Positions 41,615-51,650 of a DNA stretch of 64,000 nt are shown piece after piece. Position 1 is the stretch's first letter, and each line of letters starts with the position of its first letter. Location: assembly GCA_002687175.1 (NCBI GenBank), contig NYZP01000001.1, positions 78,236 through 142,235 on the forward strand, written 5' to 3'. The translations under genes were made by a program, and so were the position numbers. This DNA is from Parcubacteria group bacterium (GTDB lineage Bacteria > Patescibacteriota > Patescibacteriia > Buchananbacterales > UBA6539). Under the pieces are notes generated by a model. That model saw only the letters and a list, made by a program, of their open reading frames with translations. It did not search any database and had not been told where the DNA came from.

Positions 41615-42523
41615 CTACTTGTTGACCTTTTTCCAGTCAGTGATCGCGAAGCGACCGAAATGTCCACGTTTGGCTGGCCGGAAATCGCACAAGCCGACTT
41701 TTTTGCCGGCGGTGGTTATCAGTTCCGCCACCTTGCCTTCGTCGATCTCGCCCAAATCGATAGTCATGGTGTATCTGAAGCTCCAAATATCAAACCGCGG
41801 CCGAACAATACAGACCGCAATGTTGTTTTGGGCCAAAACACCACGACGGCAGTCGGTTATCCAACCTTCACCGTCTTGGGTATTTTCCTCTTGCAGATCA
41901 GTCAACGGAAATTCCGGTTCCAGAATCTCCAAGAAACTGTAGAGAGTAGTCGTACTGGCCGTCGATATCTGCTTTTTGCCGTTCTTAACGCTTCGGCCGG
42001 CTTCTACCAGGCAAGCCAAAAAGTTAACCGAGGGCATTACTACCGGCCCCAGATCTCCTTCTTTCACGGGTACAAAGTTCTGTGCCCGGTAAACTCTGGT
42101 CCGGGCAACGTCTGATGCCGGACCATCTTTCTTGACTGGCGGATGAACGCCGGTCCGCAAACCTTCGAGTGTCGCGTCGGTCAACGGGTTCATTAACAAC
42201 GGCGACGAACCTTTGATTGTAACCTCAATGGTTTCAGTCTTGATTTGCGCCGAGGTAAAAACAAACGGCGCCTTTACCGGTTCCGTCGCGGCATCTTTGC
42301 TGTTACCGTTTCCCGCCGTTTTTTTTGCGGCTGCCTTGCTGGCGGCCGACGTTTTGGCAGCGGCTTTCTTCTTTGCCGCTCGCCTTTTTGGCGGTGCTGC
42401 AGTTCCTACTCCTCCATTACCTTCATTTTTGTCTTTTCCCGCAACCAAATCTCCTTTTTCGTTTTTGTGATCAAGTTTATTATTAAATTGATCACCCGTG
42501 TTTTGCCATGTCAAAAGGACCAT
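41615..42523 (-). CDS. stand-alone RAMP/Cas7-like RNA-binding protein with an Ala/Lys-rich N-terminal tail (true start probably near 42450)
   Basis: IEVTIKGSSPLLM first strand, MPSVNFLACL helix, RPRF, and a C-terminal Gly-rich loop AGKKVGLCDFRP..RGHFGRF, which are RAMP hallmarks. No cas genes or CRISPR array nearby. Confidence 0.7.
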   Translation of the reverse strand: MVLLTWQNTGDQFNNKLDHKNEKGDLVAGKDKNEGNGGVGTAAPPKRRAAKKKAAAKTSAASKAAAKKTAGNGNSKDAATEPVKAPFVFTSAQIKTETIEVTIKGSSPLLMNPLTDATLEGLRTGVHPPVKKDGPASDVARTRVYRAQNFVPVKEGDLGPVVMPSVNFLACLVEAGRSVKNGKKQISTASTTTLYSFLEILEPEFPLTDLQEENTQDGEGWITDCRRGVLAQNNIAVCIVRPRFDIWSFRYTMTIDLGEIDEGKVAELITTAGKKVGLCDFRPAKRGHFGRFAITDWKKVNK

Positions 42524-42541
42524 CCAATTGACAATAGACCA

Positions 42542-42568
42542 AAAAACTTAACATAATGTTAAGTTTTT
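42542..42568. promoter_or_regulatory. perfect 13-bp palindrome overlapping the putative promoter of the RAMP-like gene
   Basis: AAAAACTTAACAT-A-ATGTTAAGTTTTT; overlaps minus-strand TCGACA-17-TAAGTT. Confidence 0.5.
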
Positions 42569-42645
42569 GTCGATACTAAAAAACTCGAGACATTACTATC
42601 TCAAGCCACAATCTAACTACCTTAAATTTTGAATTTTTTCCCTAT

Positions 42646-43782
42646 TTATTGAGCAATTTCAACCTTAATTTTACCCTGAAACTGAGGGGTCTTTTTTAGC
42701 CAAACTGGCTGAAATCTGACTTCAACCGATTTCACTTGAGGAAATTGTGAAAAATATGACTTTATTTCTTCCTCGGTTTTACCAGTCAGTAAACTTTTAT
42801 CTAAAAATCCTGAGGTATCGCTACCAATCGAGTTAGCTTCCAAATTTACTTTCACTGTAGCCTCATTACTCTCAAAACTGTAACTTTCAACCAAATAAGA
42901 AAAGCTGGTTGGGTCTAAATCAATCAACTGCTGTTCCTCTGGCATTTCTGTCTTGATTCTTTCCCTGGCTAAATTAATAAGCTTGCTCTCATCAAAAACC
43001 ACGATTGCTGCTTCTATTTTAAGAGTAGTTTTAAATTCCGCTGCTTCCTCGTTAACTTCAGTATCGTGGCCAGATTCAATAACTTTTGCTGAAACTAATT
43101 TTGGCCACAGGGTTTCATGATTTTCTAGTTGCTGATTTACCTCGGACAAAGCTTTCTGATACAACTGATCTCGTAAATCGTTTTCCGCTTTGTCTAAGTC
43201 TTCTTGAGTCACCACCGCAACCTCGATGTCTATCTTATCTAAACTGCTTTCCACTTGGGCATAAATTTTTTCTTGGAGGGGACCCCACAACCCAGGAATT
43301 ATTAAACGGGTTGGCTCAATTTTTTTAAAAGCATCGTAGTCATCGGCATAGACCTGAACTTTAATTTTTTCACCTGGGGCAACTGTAATATCTTTGTTAA
43401 GACGAACTAACACGGTATCTGGATCATCGGCTGCAGCTAATCTGGTGGTCGTAATCAATTTTTGTTCCTTACTATAATCATTAGTAATTACAACTTCACC
43501 AACAACATTGGAATCAACGGAACGCGACCCAGTGGCTTCAGTCGACAGATCACCTTCTACCACAACTAATTTTAATTTCCCCGGCACTGCCTCTCCTTCT
43601 TCTAATGAAGGAATGATAGTGGGTTCTTTGACATCAAAGACAAATTCCCGGCTAATTTTTTCGCTATCCATAGTGATAATGATGGTAACTTTAGCCCAAA
43701 TCAAGTAAAAAGCCGCACCAAATACGACAATGGATAAAATTAAAAATATTAACCCAATTTTAAGAAATGATCTTGGCAACAT
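42646..43782 (-). CDS. membrane-anchored protein of a CPR baseplate-J-like family
   Basis: TM followed by ATG, GEVVITND, LITTTRL and VVTQEDLDKA pattern. Confidence 0.65.
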   Translation of the reverse strand: MLPRSFLKIGLIFLILSIVVFGAAFYLIWAKVTIIITMDSEKISREFVFDVKEPTIIPSLEEGEAVPGKLKLVVVEGDLSTEATGSRSVDSNVVGEVVITNDYSKEQKLITTTRLAAADDPDTVLVRLNKDITVAPGEKIKVQVYADDYDAFKKIEPTRLIIPGLWGPLQEKIYAQVESSLDKIDIEVAVVTQEDLDKAENDLRDQLYQKALSEVNQQLENHETLWPKLVSAKVIESGHDTEVNEEAAEFKTTLKIEAAIVVFDESKLINLARERIKTEMPEEQQLIDLDPTSFSYLVESYSFESNEATVKVNLEANSIGSDTSGFLDKSLLTGKTEEEIKSYFSQFPQVKSVEVRFQPVWLKKTPQFQGKIKVEIAQ

Positions 43783-43824
43783 ATTATCTGGCTTTATAAT
43801 ACAAAAAAAATGAAAAATTTACAA

Positions 43825-46800
43825 TCAAATAGCCTCTTCTACTTTGAAAGAATTAGCTCCTAAAATAGTTTCTATTTCTTTCTGGATTCCTTGATTATTA
43901 TCGACTAAAAAATTAGTAATGATTTTTTTAAAGCCTTGATTGTCCTTAATGACTAAGACCACTTTGTATTTTCCTGGGTTACCATTAAAAACTTCTTTCA
44001 ACTTTTCGTTCAAGTCACTGCTAGTTGTTCTTGGTAACAAAACAAATGCATTACCTTTTACTAAAATTTCTTGTTTGACTTCTTTCTTAGCAAATGATTT
44101 TTTCCAATGACCATTTCGCCCACGATCAACAAATTGATCAAGCTCACTCATGATTTCTGAAACATTATCTAGGCTAAGTTCTTTTGCTAAATTACAAATT
44201 AATTTTGTTTCACCATCTTTGTCAGACAACCGAGCATTAACCCCAATAATTTTATCCTCTTCCCAAACTTCTGGATTAGCCTTAAGGATGCTGGGAAAAA
44301 CCAAAACTTCAACTCCAGCCGTATTATCTTCTATTCTAACAAACAACATTGGTTCGCCTTTTTTAGTGATTATTTTTTTAACTTTTGTAATGACCCCGGC
44401 TACTTTTAAAACTTGCTCGCCATAATCAAAATCACCGCTTAAATCGTTAATGTTAACCACCTTGCCTTGAAGATATGGCTGAAATTCGGTCAACGGATGA
44501 GCGGAGACATAAAGACCTAAAATTTCCTTCTCCCAATTAAGTTTTTGCTTATCATCAGCTGGGTCAATATGATCTAATCTTAATTTTGGAATAGCTGTTT
44601 CTGTTGCCATCATGCCAAACAGGCTTGATTGGTTACTGTCTGCTTCAGCGTTAATGCTTTTGATAAACACCAATAGCTTGTCCATATTGTATAGCAACTT
44701 GTTGCGCTCACCTAAATTATCCATCGCTCCACATTTGATTAGCGCTTCCAGTGATTTTTTATTTAAATCCTTGGTCTTTACCCGACTTAATAAATCTTCA
44801 AGAGCTTTAAAAGGTCCATTTTCTCGTCGCTCTTTAATAATTTCCTTAATTATATTTGATCCTAAATTTTTAACAGCACTGAGCCCAAAACGAATTTTTT
44901 TACTTTCCTTATCTTTTTTAACTTCTAATGAGTCATAAACAACGGTAAAAGTTGAAAAACTCTCATTAACATCTGGTGCTAAAACTTCAATGCCCATCTG
45001 GCGACACTCTTCTACCTCAATGGCGATCCGGTCAACATTGCCATAGTCGGCAGTTAATAGTGAGGCCATAAATTCTGATGGATAACGTGCTTTGAGGTAA
45101 GCAGTTTGGTAAGCGATCATTGCATAACAAGCCGCGTGAGAACGATTAAAGCCGTAACGAGCAAAAGGTAAAACATAATCCCAAATTTGTTTAGCCACGG
45201 TTGATTCAATACCATTTGTTACCATACCAGAAATTACTTTTTCTTCTTGCTCATGAAGTAGCTTAGCAATTTTCTTACCAACTGCTTTTCGTAAAACATC
45301 GGCTTCACTATAAGAAAATCCGGCCAGCTCTCTGGCAATTTCCATTAACTGCTCTTGATACACAATAATTCCGTAAGTTTTTTCTAATATTGGTTTCATC
45401 CGCTCATCCAGGTAATACACTTTTTGTAAACCATGTTTGGATTTTATGTAGTCTGGAATAAACTCCATTGGACCTGGACGATAAAGTGAAACCATCACAA
45501 TAATATCTTCCAGTTCAGTCGGCACTAACTGTTTCAGATAACGCCTCATGCCAGAACTTTCCAATTGAAATACCCCTGTAGTCTCAACCCGTTGCAGTAA
45601 CTCAAAAGTTTTCTTATCATCAAGAGGAATTGCATCAATGTCAATATCAATACCTCTGGCTTTCTTTAAAATATCTAAAGTATTTTCAATAATCGTTAAA
45701 TTCTTAAGACCCAGCATATCAATTTTTAACAGACCTAAGTCTTCAACGGCATGCATACCATATTGAGTAACAATTTCATTTTCATGCTGAGTTGATTGCT
45801 GCATCGGAACATAATTATCCATCGGTTTGGGTGTAACTACGATGCCGCAGGCATGGGTTGAAGCATGACGAATTGAACCTTCCAGCTTTTTAGCAATTTC
45901 AATTAACCGCTTACCGTCTGGGTCAACCATAATTTCCTTAAACTCAGGAACGGTGTTAATCGCATCGTCCAAATTCATAAACATCGGAATCATCTTGGCA
46001 ACCTTATCACAATAAGTGTAAGGCAAATCCATCACCCGACCAACGTCTCTGATCGCCGCCCGAGCGGCCATAGTACCAAAAGTTATAATTTGGGCAACAT
46101 GATCCTTACCATATTTTTGGGACACATAATCAATAACCTCATCGCGACGGGTATCAGCAAAATCGGTATCAATATCAGGCATTGATATTCTCTCCGGATT
46201 CAAAAATCTCTCAAAAATTAAATCGTACTTTAACGGATCAATATTAGTGATGCTGGTTAAATAAGCCACTAAACTACCGGCGGCTGAACCTCGACCAGGA
46301 CCAACTACAATATTTTGACTCTTGGCCCAATTTATAAAATCGGCCACAATTAAAAAATATGACGCAAAACCAGTTTTGGCAATAATACCAAGTTCATACT
46401 CTAATCTTTTTTTAATTTCAGGAGTAATTTTATCACCATACCGTTGTTTTAAACCTTGCTGACACATCTCTTTTAGATAATCAATGTCTGTGGTATTTTT
46501 CGGAACTTCGAAAGTAGGTAACAAAGTCTTGCCTAATTCCAATTCAACATTACATTTCTCGGCTAATTTTAAAGTATTAGAGAGAAATTCTGGATGATCT
46601 TTCCACTCTTCTCTCACTTGATCTGGAGATTTCATTGAAAAATCTTCTCCTATATAAGACATCCGGTCAGTATCTGATAATATCTTTTTAGTTTGAATAC
46701 AAAGTAACACGTCCTGAGCATTATCATCATCAGCATTTAAATAATGAACATCATTAGTGGTAATAACGGGGATGCTTAATTTTTTACCCAGCTCAATAAT

Positions 46801-47367
46801 TTTTTGATTGGCAATACCTTGATTACCAATACTTGGATGTTCCTGAACTTCCAAATAATAGTTTCCTTCCCCAAAAATTTTTAAGTACCGCTTAGCTGTT
46901 TCCTCGGCTCCTTTATCATCATTGTTTAAAATATTTTTTGAAATCTCACCCTGCAAACAGGCTGACGAACATATCAGTCCCTCACTATACTTTTCTAGAA
47001 GTGCAAAATCTACTCTTGGTTTATAATAAAAACCATCCAGGTGAGCGATGGTTGTTAGCTTAATTAAATTTTTATAGCCTACTTCGTTTCGGGCTAATAA
47101 TATCAAATGATAAGGACTGTCATCAATTTTTGGTCTTTTGTCTTTGTGCCCGTGTCTGGCAACATAGGCTTCCACCCCGAGAATTGGCTTTATACCGGTC
47201 TTTACTGCTTGCTGATAAAATTCTATTAAACCATACATTACTCCATGATCAGTTAAGGCCACGGCTGGCATGCCAAAATCTTTAGCTTTGTTGACTAAAT
47301 GATCAATCTTAGTAAGACCATCAAGCAAAGAATAATGGGAATGGTTGTGCAAATGGACAAAAGACAT
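43825..47367 (-). CDS. dnaE: DNA polymerase III subunit alpha
   Basis: FVHLHNHSHYSLLDG PHP domain, GPGRGSAAGS, PDIDTDF and YGFNRSHA motifs. Confidence 0.99.
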   Translation of the reverse strand: MSFVHLHNHSHYSLLDGLTKIDHLVNKAKDFGMPAVALTDHGVMYGLIEFYQQAVKTGIKPILGVEAYVARHGHKDKRPKIDDSPYHLILLARNEVGYKNLIKLTTIAHLDGFYYKPRVDFALLEKYSEGLICSSACLQGEISKNILNNDDKGAEETAKRYLKIFGEGNYYLEVQEHPSIGNQGIANQKIIELGKKLSIPVITTNDVHYLNADDDNAQDVLLCIQTKKILSDTDRMSYIGEDFSMKSPDQVREEWKDHPEFLSNTLKLAEKCNVELELGKTLLPTFEVPKNTTDIDYLKEMCQQGLKQRYGDKITPEIKKRLEYELGIIAKTGFASYFLIVADFINWAKSQNIVVGPGRGSAAGSLVAYLTSITNIDPLKYDLIFERFLNPERISMPDIDTDFADTRRDEVIDYVSQKYGKDHVAQIITFGTMAARAAIRDVGRVMDLPYTYCDKVAKMIPMFMNLDDAINTVPEFKEIMVDPDGKRLIEIAKKLEGSIRHASTHACGIVVTPKPMDNYVPMQQSTQHENEIVTQYGMHAVEDLGLLKIDMLGLKNLTIIENTLDILKKARGIDIDIDAIPLDDKKTFELLQRVETTGVFQLESSGMRRYLKQLVPTELEDIIVMVSLYRPGPMEFIPDYIKSKHGLQKVYYLDERMKPILEKTYGIIVYQEQLMEIARELAGFSYSEADVLRKAVGKKIAKLLHEQEEKVISGMVTNGIESTVAKQIWDYVLPFARYGFNRSHAACYAMIAYQTAYLKARYPSEFMASLLTADYGNVDRIAIEVEECRQMGIEVLAPDVNESFSTFTVVYDSLEVKKDKESKKIRFGLSAVKNLGSNIIKEIIKERRENGPFKALEDLLSRVKTKDLNKKSLEALIKCGAMDNLGERNKLLYNMDKLLVFIKSINAEADSNQSSLFGMMATETAIPKLRLDHIDPADDKQKLNWEKEILGLYVSAHPLTEFQPYLQGKVVNINDLSGDFDYGEQVLKVAGVITKVKKIITKKGEPMLFVRIEDNTAGVEVLVFPSILKANPEVWEEDKIIGVNARLSDKDGETKLICNLAKELSLDNVSEIMSELDQFVDRGRNGHWKKSFAKKEVKQEILVKGNAFVLLPRTTSSDLNEKLKEVFNGNPGKYKVVLVIKDNQGFKKIITNFLVDNNQGIQKEIETILGANSFKVEEAI

Positions 47368-47454
47368 AATTTTGTGTTTAGGAAGTCTGACGAATCAATA
47401 ACTCCCAAGGGAAGTAAACTCCCCTCCTAAATTAAAGTATAAATATTATACTAC

Positions 47455-47757
47455 TTATTTCTTCTTTTTCCTACTTTTCTTTGCCTTACTCTTTTGGTCA
47501 ACAAAAAAACCGGCTAACTTAATTGCTGAATCAGAAAGTAGGGCCATGTGATTTGAACCTTTTTCCAGTTTATCTTTAACCAGTTTCAAAATATTATCAA
47601 CCAATTCTAGCTTTTCACGAATACTGACGGTCATCTTGCTCACATTACGCAGCATCATTACCACATAAAAAATTGCCCAACAAGTAAACAAGGTAAACAA
47701 GGCAATGCTTGCAGCGATAACAACAAGTAGTAAATCTTTTGATGTTTCTAAAAGCAT
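47455..47757 (-). CDS. small membrane protein
   Basis: N-terminal TM, coiled segment and basic C-terminus. Confidence 0.7.
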   Translation of the reverse strand: MLLETSKDLLLVVIAASIALFTLFTCWAIFYVVMMLRNVSKMTVSIREKLELVDNILKLVKDKLEKGSNHMALLSDSAIKLAGFFVDQKSKAKKSRKKKK

Positions 47758-47774
47758 ATTTTAATTAATAATTT

Positions 47775-50180
47775 CTATCTTAATTTAGCTTCGAAAGTTT
47801 TCTCTAACTTCTTAGCCACCTTCTTAACTATATCATCAACCTCTTCTGACTTCAATGTTTTATCACCACTTCGAAAAATCATTCTTAAAGCTAAACTTTT
47901 TTTACCTTTACCTAGTGACTGATCAATAAAGGTACTTAGATACTGGACATTAACTATTAATTTATCAGCTTTTACAACCAAACTACTTACTTCCTCCCAG
48001 CTCAATTTTTGATCAACCACCAAGGCAATATCCCGACTAACGCTGGGGAACTCGGGAATCGGTTCAAAAGTTTTGACCGCTGAAGCTTTTTTAATTAAGG
48101 TGTTAAAATCTATATCAATAACTGCGACATCTCTTTTAATGCCAAATTTTTCTGCAATATTGCGTTTAAAAATACCAAACTGACCCAGGTAATCTTTTCC
48201 CAGATATATATCAAAGGCCAGTTCCTTTTCCCAAAGTGGACATTTTGAATCGGTTAAATTAAACTGTCTGTTTGATAACTTTAGTTTACTAATCAACAAT
48301 TCAACAATTCCTTTAGCCGTTAAAAAAACGTTGTCACCGGAAATAGCCGCTGTTAATTTTAATAGTTCCTGGGGCAAATTATTGTCTTGACTGACATAAA
48401 CACTACTTAGCTCAAATGATTTTTGAGCTGGAAACTTTTTAATATTATCGGCAATATTTTGCAAAACTTGGGGTAGTAGAGTTGTCCTCATATATTCCAT
48501 GTCTTCATTCAAGGGATTGTAAATCTTAATTGCCTCTTTAACTGAAAATTTTACCTTTTGTAATTGCTCTTTAGAAACCATTGAATAATTATAACTTTCG
48601 GAGAATCCTAAGCTAACAAAAAAATCTTTAATTTTATCTTCCCAGTAAAAAATTTGATTTGTCTTTTCAACCGGAATAACCCCAGCTGGTAATTCCACTG
48701 GTAGATTATGGTAACCAAAAATTCTGGCAATTTCTTCGATAATATCATGTTCTAGCTTAACGTCATTAGCTCGCCAGAATGGCACTGTAATATTTAGGAT
48801 TTTGCTACCACTAACCTTAAAATCTAACGATTCGAGAATACTGATAACCTGGTCGGTAGCAATATCTACACCAAGATAATTTTTAATAACTGTTGGATCA
48901 AATTTAATAGTGGTTGGTTTATAAGTCGTTGGATAAACATCAATCAGTGGACCAGCCACTTTACCACCAGCTATTTTTTTGGTTAGTTCAACCGCTTTTA
49001 AAATTGCCGGGAATGTTGCTTCCGGATGAAGGCCTTTCTCAAACAGATTGGACGAATCAGAATGTAAATTTAAATCTCTAGCAGACTGTCGAGTCAATAC
49101 TGGATCAAAAGTTGCTGCTTCAAAGACAATGGTTTTAGTCTTGTCGGAAACCGCTGACTTTTCACCACCCATAATGCCAGCAATGGCAATCGGTATATTA
49201 CCGTCAGCAATTACTAAATGATTGTTATTTAATTTATAGACATTACCATCTAACGCTAAAACCTTCTCGCCTTGTTTAGCTTTACGAACTACTATTTTTT
49301 TATCCCTTCCTCCAGAGGCGGATCCGCCTTTGGCGGAAATTTTAGCATAGTCAAAAACGTGCATTGGTTGTCCCAGCTCTAATAAAATATAATTCGTAAT
49401 ATCCACTAAATTATTAATTGGTCTCTTGCCGGCAGAGAGTAAACGCTGTTGTAGCCACAATGGTGAAGGGCCAACTTTAACGTCTGTCATAACAATAGCA
49501 TTATAGCGAGAACAAAGTTTTTGTTCGACTACCTCTACTGATAAACCAATTTCTTTTTCAAAATCTAATTTTGGTTCAGCAATCTTATACTTTAACTTGG
49601 TGCCTAAAACCGCAGCCGCCTCCCGAGCTAGACCAACTATGGACATCGCATCAGGTCGATTGGAAGTTACTTCAATGTCCATGATATTATCATCAAGATC
49701 CAAAATATCCTCTAGGGGCTTACCAAGAGGGGTTTTGTTGGGTAATATCATGATTCCTTGATGATCATCTCCCAAGCCAAGTTCTTTTTGGGAACAAATC
49801 ATACCCTTACTTTGGACGCCTCTAATTTTGGCATTTTTTACCCTAAAAAAGGTGCCTTCTTCATCAGATTTAGGATTTTGTACCCTCGCTCCTTCAACTG
49901 CTAAAGGTACTATTTGACCCACGGCAATATTTTGGGCTCCGCAAACTACGGTTGGTTTTAATCTACCAGCTTCTAATTTAACCAGTTGTAATCTATCGGC
50001 ATCCGGGTGTGGCTTAATTTCTAAAATTTTAGCAGTGATTACTTTTTTAAATTTTGGTTTAACTTTTTCAATCTTATCAATGGTCTGACTTTTTAAAGAA
50101 AATTCCTTAACAAACTCTTTAACTGATTTGTCAGTTTTTATATACTCCTTGAGCCAATTGTAGGAAATGTTTAAATTCAT
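47775..50180 (-). CDS. pheT: phenylalanine--tRNA ligase beta subunit
   Basis: HPDADRL, VTSNRPD, EEIARIFGY motifs and C-terminal FDX-ACB domain. Confidence 0.97.
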   Translation of the reverse strand: MNLNISYNWLKEYIKTDKSVKEFVKEFSLKSQTIDKIEKVKPKFKKVITAKILEIKPHPDADRLQLVKLEAGRLKPTVVCGAQNIAVGQIVPLAVEGARVQNPKSDEEGTFFRVKNAKIRGVQSKGMICSQKELGLGDDHQGIMILPNKTPLGKPLEDILDLDDNIMDIEVTSNRPDAMSIVGLAREAAAVLGTKLKYKIAEPKLDFEKEIGLSVEVVEQKLCSRYNAIVMTDVKVGPSPLWLQQRLLSAGKRPINNLVDITNYILLELGQPMHVFDYAKISAKGGSASGGRDKKIVVRKAKQGEKVLALDGNVYKLNNNHLVIADGNIPIAIAGIMGGEKSAVSDKTKTIVFEAATFDPVLTRQSARDLNLHSDSSNLFEKGLHPEATFPAILKAVELTKKIAGGKVAGPLIDVYPTTYKPTTIKFDPTVIKNYLGVDIATDQVISILESLDFKVSGSKILNITVPFWRANDVKLEHDIIEEIARIFGYHNLPVELPAGVIPVEKTNQIFYWEDKIKDFFVSLGFSESYNYSMVSKEQLQKVKFSVKEAIKIYNPLNEDMEYMRTTLLPQVLQNIADNIKKFPAQKSFELSSVYVSQDNNLPQELLKLTAAISGDNVFLTAKGIVELLISKLKLSNRQFNLTDSKCPLWEKELAFDIYLGKDYLGQFGIFKRNIAEKFGIKRDVAVIDIDFNTLIKKASAVKTFEPIPEFPSVSRDIALVVDQKLSWEEVSSLVVKADKLIVNVQYLSTFIDQSLGKGKKSLALRMIFRSGDKTLKSEEVDDIVKKVAKKLEKTFEAKLR
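49308..49337. repeat. 30-bp palindromic repeat inserted in-frame in pheT (SAKGGSASGG)
   Basis: TCCGCCAAAGGCGGATCCGCCTCTGGAGGA on the minus strand; related units at 7921, 18709 and 55013. Confidence 0.8.
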
Positions 50181-51212
50181 TTAAAATTGATTTAAAAATC
50201 TTAAATCGTTTTGATAAATCATCCTGATGTCGGGAATACTTAGACCGGCCTTCATCATGTAACTGCGCTCCACTCCCCAACCAAAAGCAAAACCAGAATA
50301 TTTTTTAGGATCAATCTTTCCCGCTTTTAAAACGTTAGGGTGGATCATGCCAGAACCACCAAGCTCCAACCACCCAGATTTACAAACTTTACATCCCCGA
50401 CCTTTGCAGAGACCACAAGATACATCAACTTCAAAACTTGGTTCGGTAAACTGAAAATGAAATGGCCTGATTCTTGCTTTTCGATCTGGACCAAAAAACT
50501 GTTTTACAAAATAATCTAAAGTCCCTTTCAGGTGGGCAATAGTAATATTTTTATCGATAAATAGTCCGTCGAACTGATGAAACATCGGTACATGAGAAAC
50601 GTCAATTTGTCGACGGTAACATTTAGTAATATTAATCGCCCTAATGGGCATTTTCTTTTTTTCCATTTCTCGAACATCGCCAGAGGTTGAGTGAGGTGTT
50701 AAAATCCGTTGTCCTTTTGGTCCAATTGGTTTAGGGTCAATAAAAAAAGTTTCCCACTCATCACGAGCCGGATGTTCGGCTGGCATATTTAAAGATTCAA
50801 AAGCATACCAATCCCATTCCACTTCCGGGTGTCGCTGACGAGTAAAGCCAATCCGTTCAAAAATTTCAACAATTTCTCGAATCGCTTGAGTAACTAAATG
50901 AAGATGGCCCTGAGGAAATTCCACACCTGGCAGTGTGATGTCTAGATCAACGACTGCTTCCTTTTGTCCTCTTAGTGACTGCTTAGCTTGGTTAATTTTG
51001 TTGGCAACTTCCGATTTAAATTGATTTGCCAATTGACCAATTTCTTTGCGTTGATCTTTTGGAACTTTTTTGAGATTACGTAAAATATTGGTTAACTCAC
51101 CAGCCTTACGTCCTAAATATTTAATCTCCAGTTTATCTAACTCAAGCAAGTCGGCAATTTTCTCGACTTCTTGACTAAACTGTTCCTTTAATTGTTGGAT
51201 TTTGTCTTTCAT
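50181..51212 (-). CDS. pheS: phenylalanine--tRNA ligase alpha subunit
   Basis: HPARD, FQFTEPS and GFAFGWGVER motifs. Confidence 0.97.
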   Translation of the reverse strand: MKDKIQQLKEQFSQEVEKIADLLELDKLEIKYLGRKAGELTNILRNLKKVPKDQRKEIGQLANQFKSEVANKINQAKQSLRGQKEAVVDLDITLPGVEFPQGHLHLVTQAIREIVEIFERIGFTRQRHPEVEWDWYAFESLNMPAEHPARDEWETFFIDPKPIGPKGQRILTPHSTSGDVREMEKKKMPIRAINITKCYRRQIDVSHVPMFHQFDGLFIDKNITIAHLKGTLDYFVKQFFGPDRKARIRPFHFQFTEPSFEVDVSCGLCKGRGCKVCKSGWLELGGSGMIHPNVLKAGKIDPKKYSGFAFGWGVERSYMMKAGLSIPDIRMIYQNDLRFLNQF

Positions 51213-51591
51213 AAACTTTTTTTTGTGATGAGATAAAGAAAAATTCTAAAGCCGTCAAAATTAATATCAATAATAATATATTCCACCACCGTAATAAACC
51301 CTGACTCCTTAAAAATAACCAACCAATAATTAAAGTGGAAAATAAAATGGCTTGACGAATAGATGTTTTTAATCGTGAATAAACTAACTGTCGTCTAAAA
51401 AGTCTCGCTTTGATCGTATCGCTAATTATAAAAATTATACCGCTTAAAGTTAAAAAAAAGCTTAGATAAAATAAACTAAAGCCAAAAAAATTTGTATATT
51501 CTGGATCTAGATAAAAAATGATCATTGCCCAACTTAAAGAGGCAATCACCGTTCCCAGAACTATTAAAACCACGAAAACTCTCTGACTCAT
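51175..51591 (-). CDS. 4-TM hypothetical membrane protein
   Basis: Four hydrophobic segments; operonic with pheS. Confidence 0.7.
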   Translation of the reverse strand: MSQRVFVVLIVLGTVIASLSWAMIIFYLDPEYTNFFGFSLFYLSFFLTLSGIIFIISDTIKARLFRRQLVYSRLKTSIRQAILFSTLIIGWLFLRSQGLLRWWNILLLILILTALEFFFISSQKKVYERQNPTIKGTV

Positions 51592-51650
51592 GAGTAAATT
51601 ATAACAAAATATGGTTTATTTGCCAACATTTTCTATCATAACAAACTGAT

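Noticed and set aside
42512-42522. Possible self-target: TG-g-TC-c-TT-t-TG upstream of the RAMP-like gene matches four consecutive NN units of RNA unit 2
   Set aside because: Only 8 of 18 positions match, flanking units mismatch, and the site coincides with the boxA-like motif; an 8-nt gapped match is expected by chance in 64 kb.
42646-43782. Prophage (baseplate-J-like gene)
   Set aside because: No other phage structural or integrase genes; the gene is TM-anchored and operonic with dnaE.
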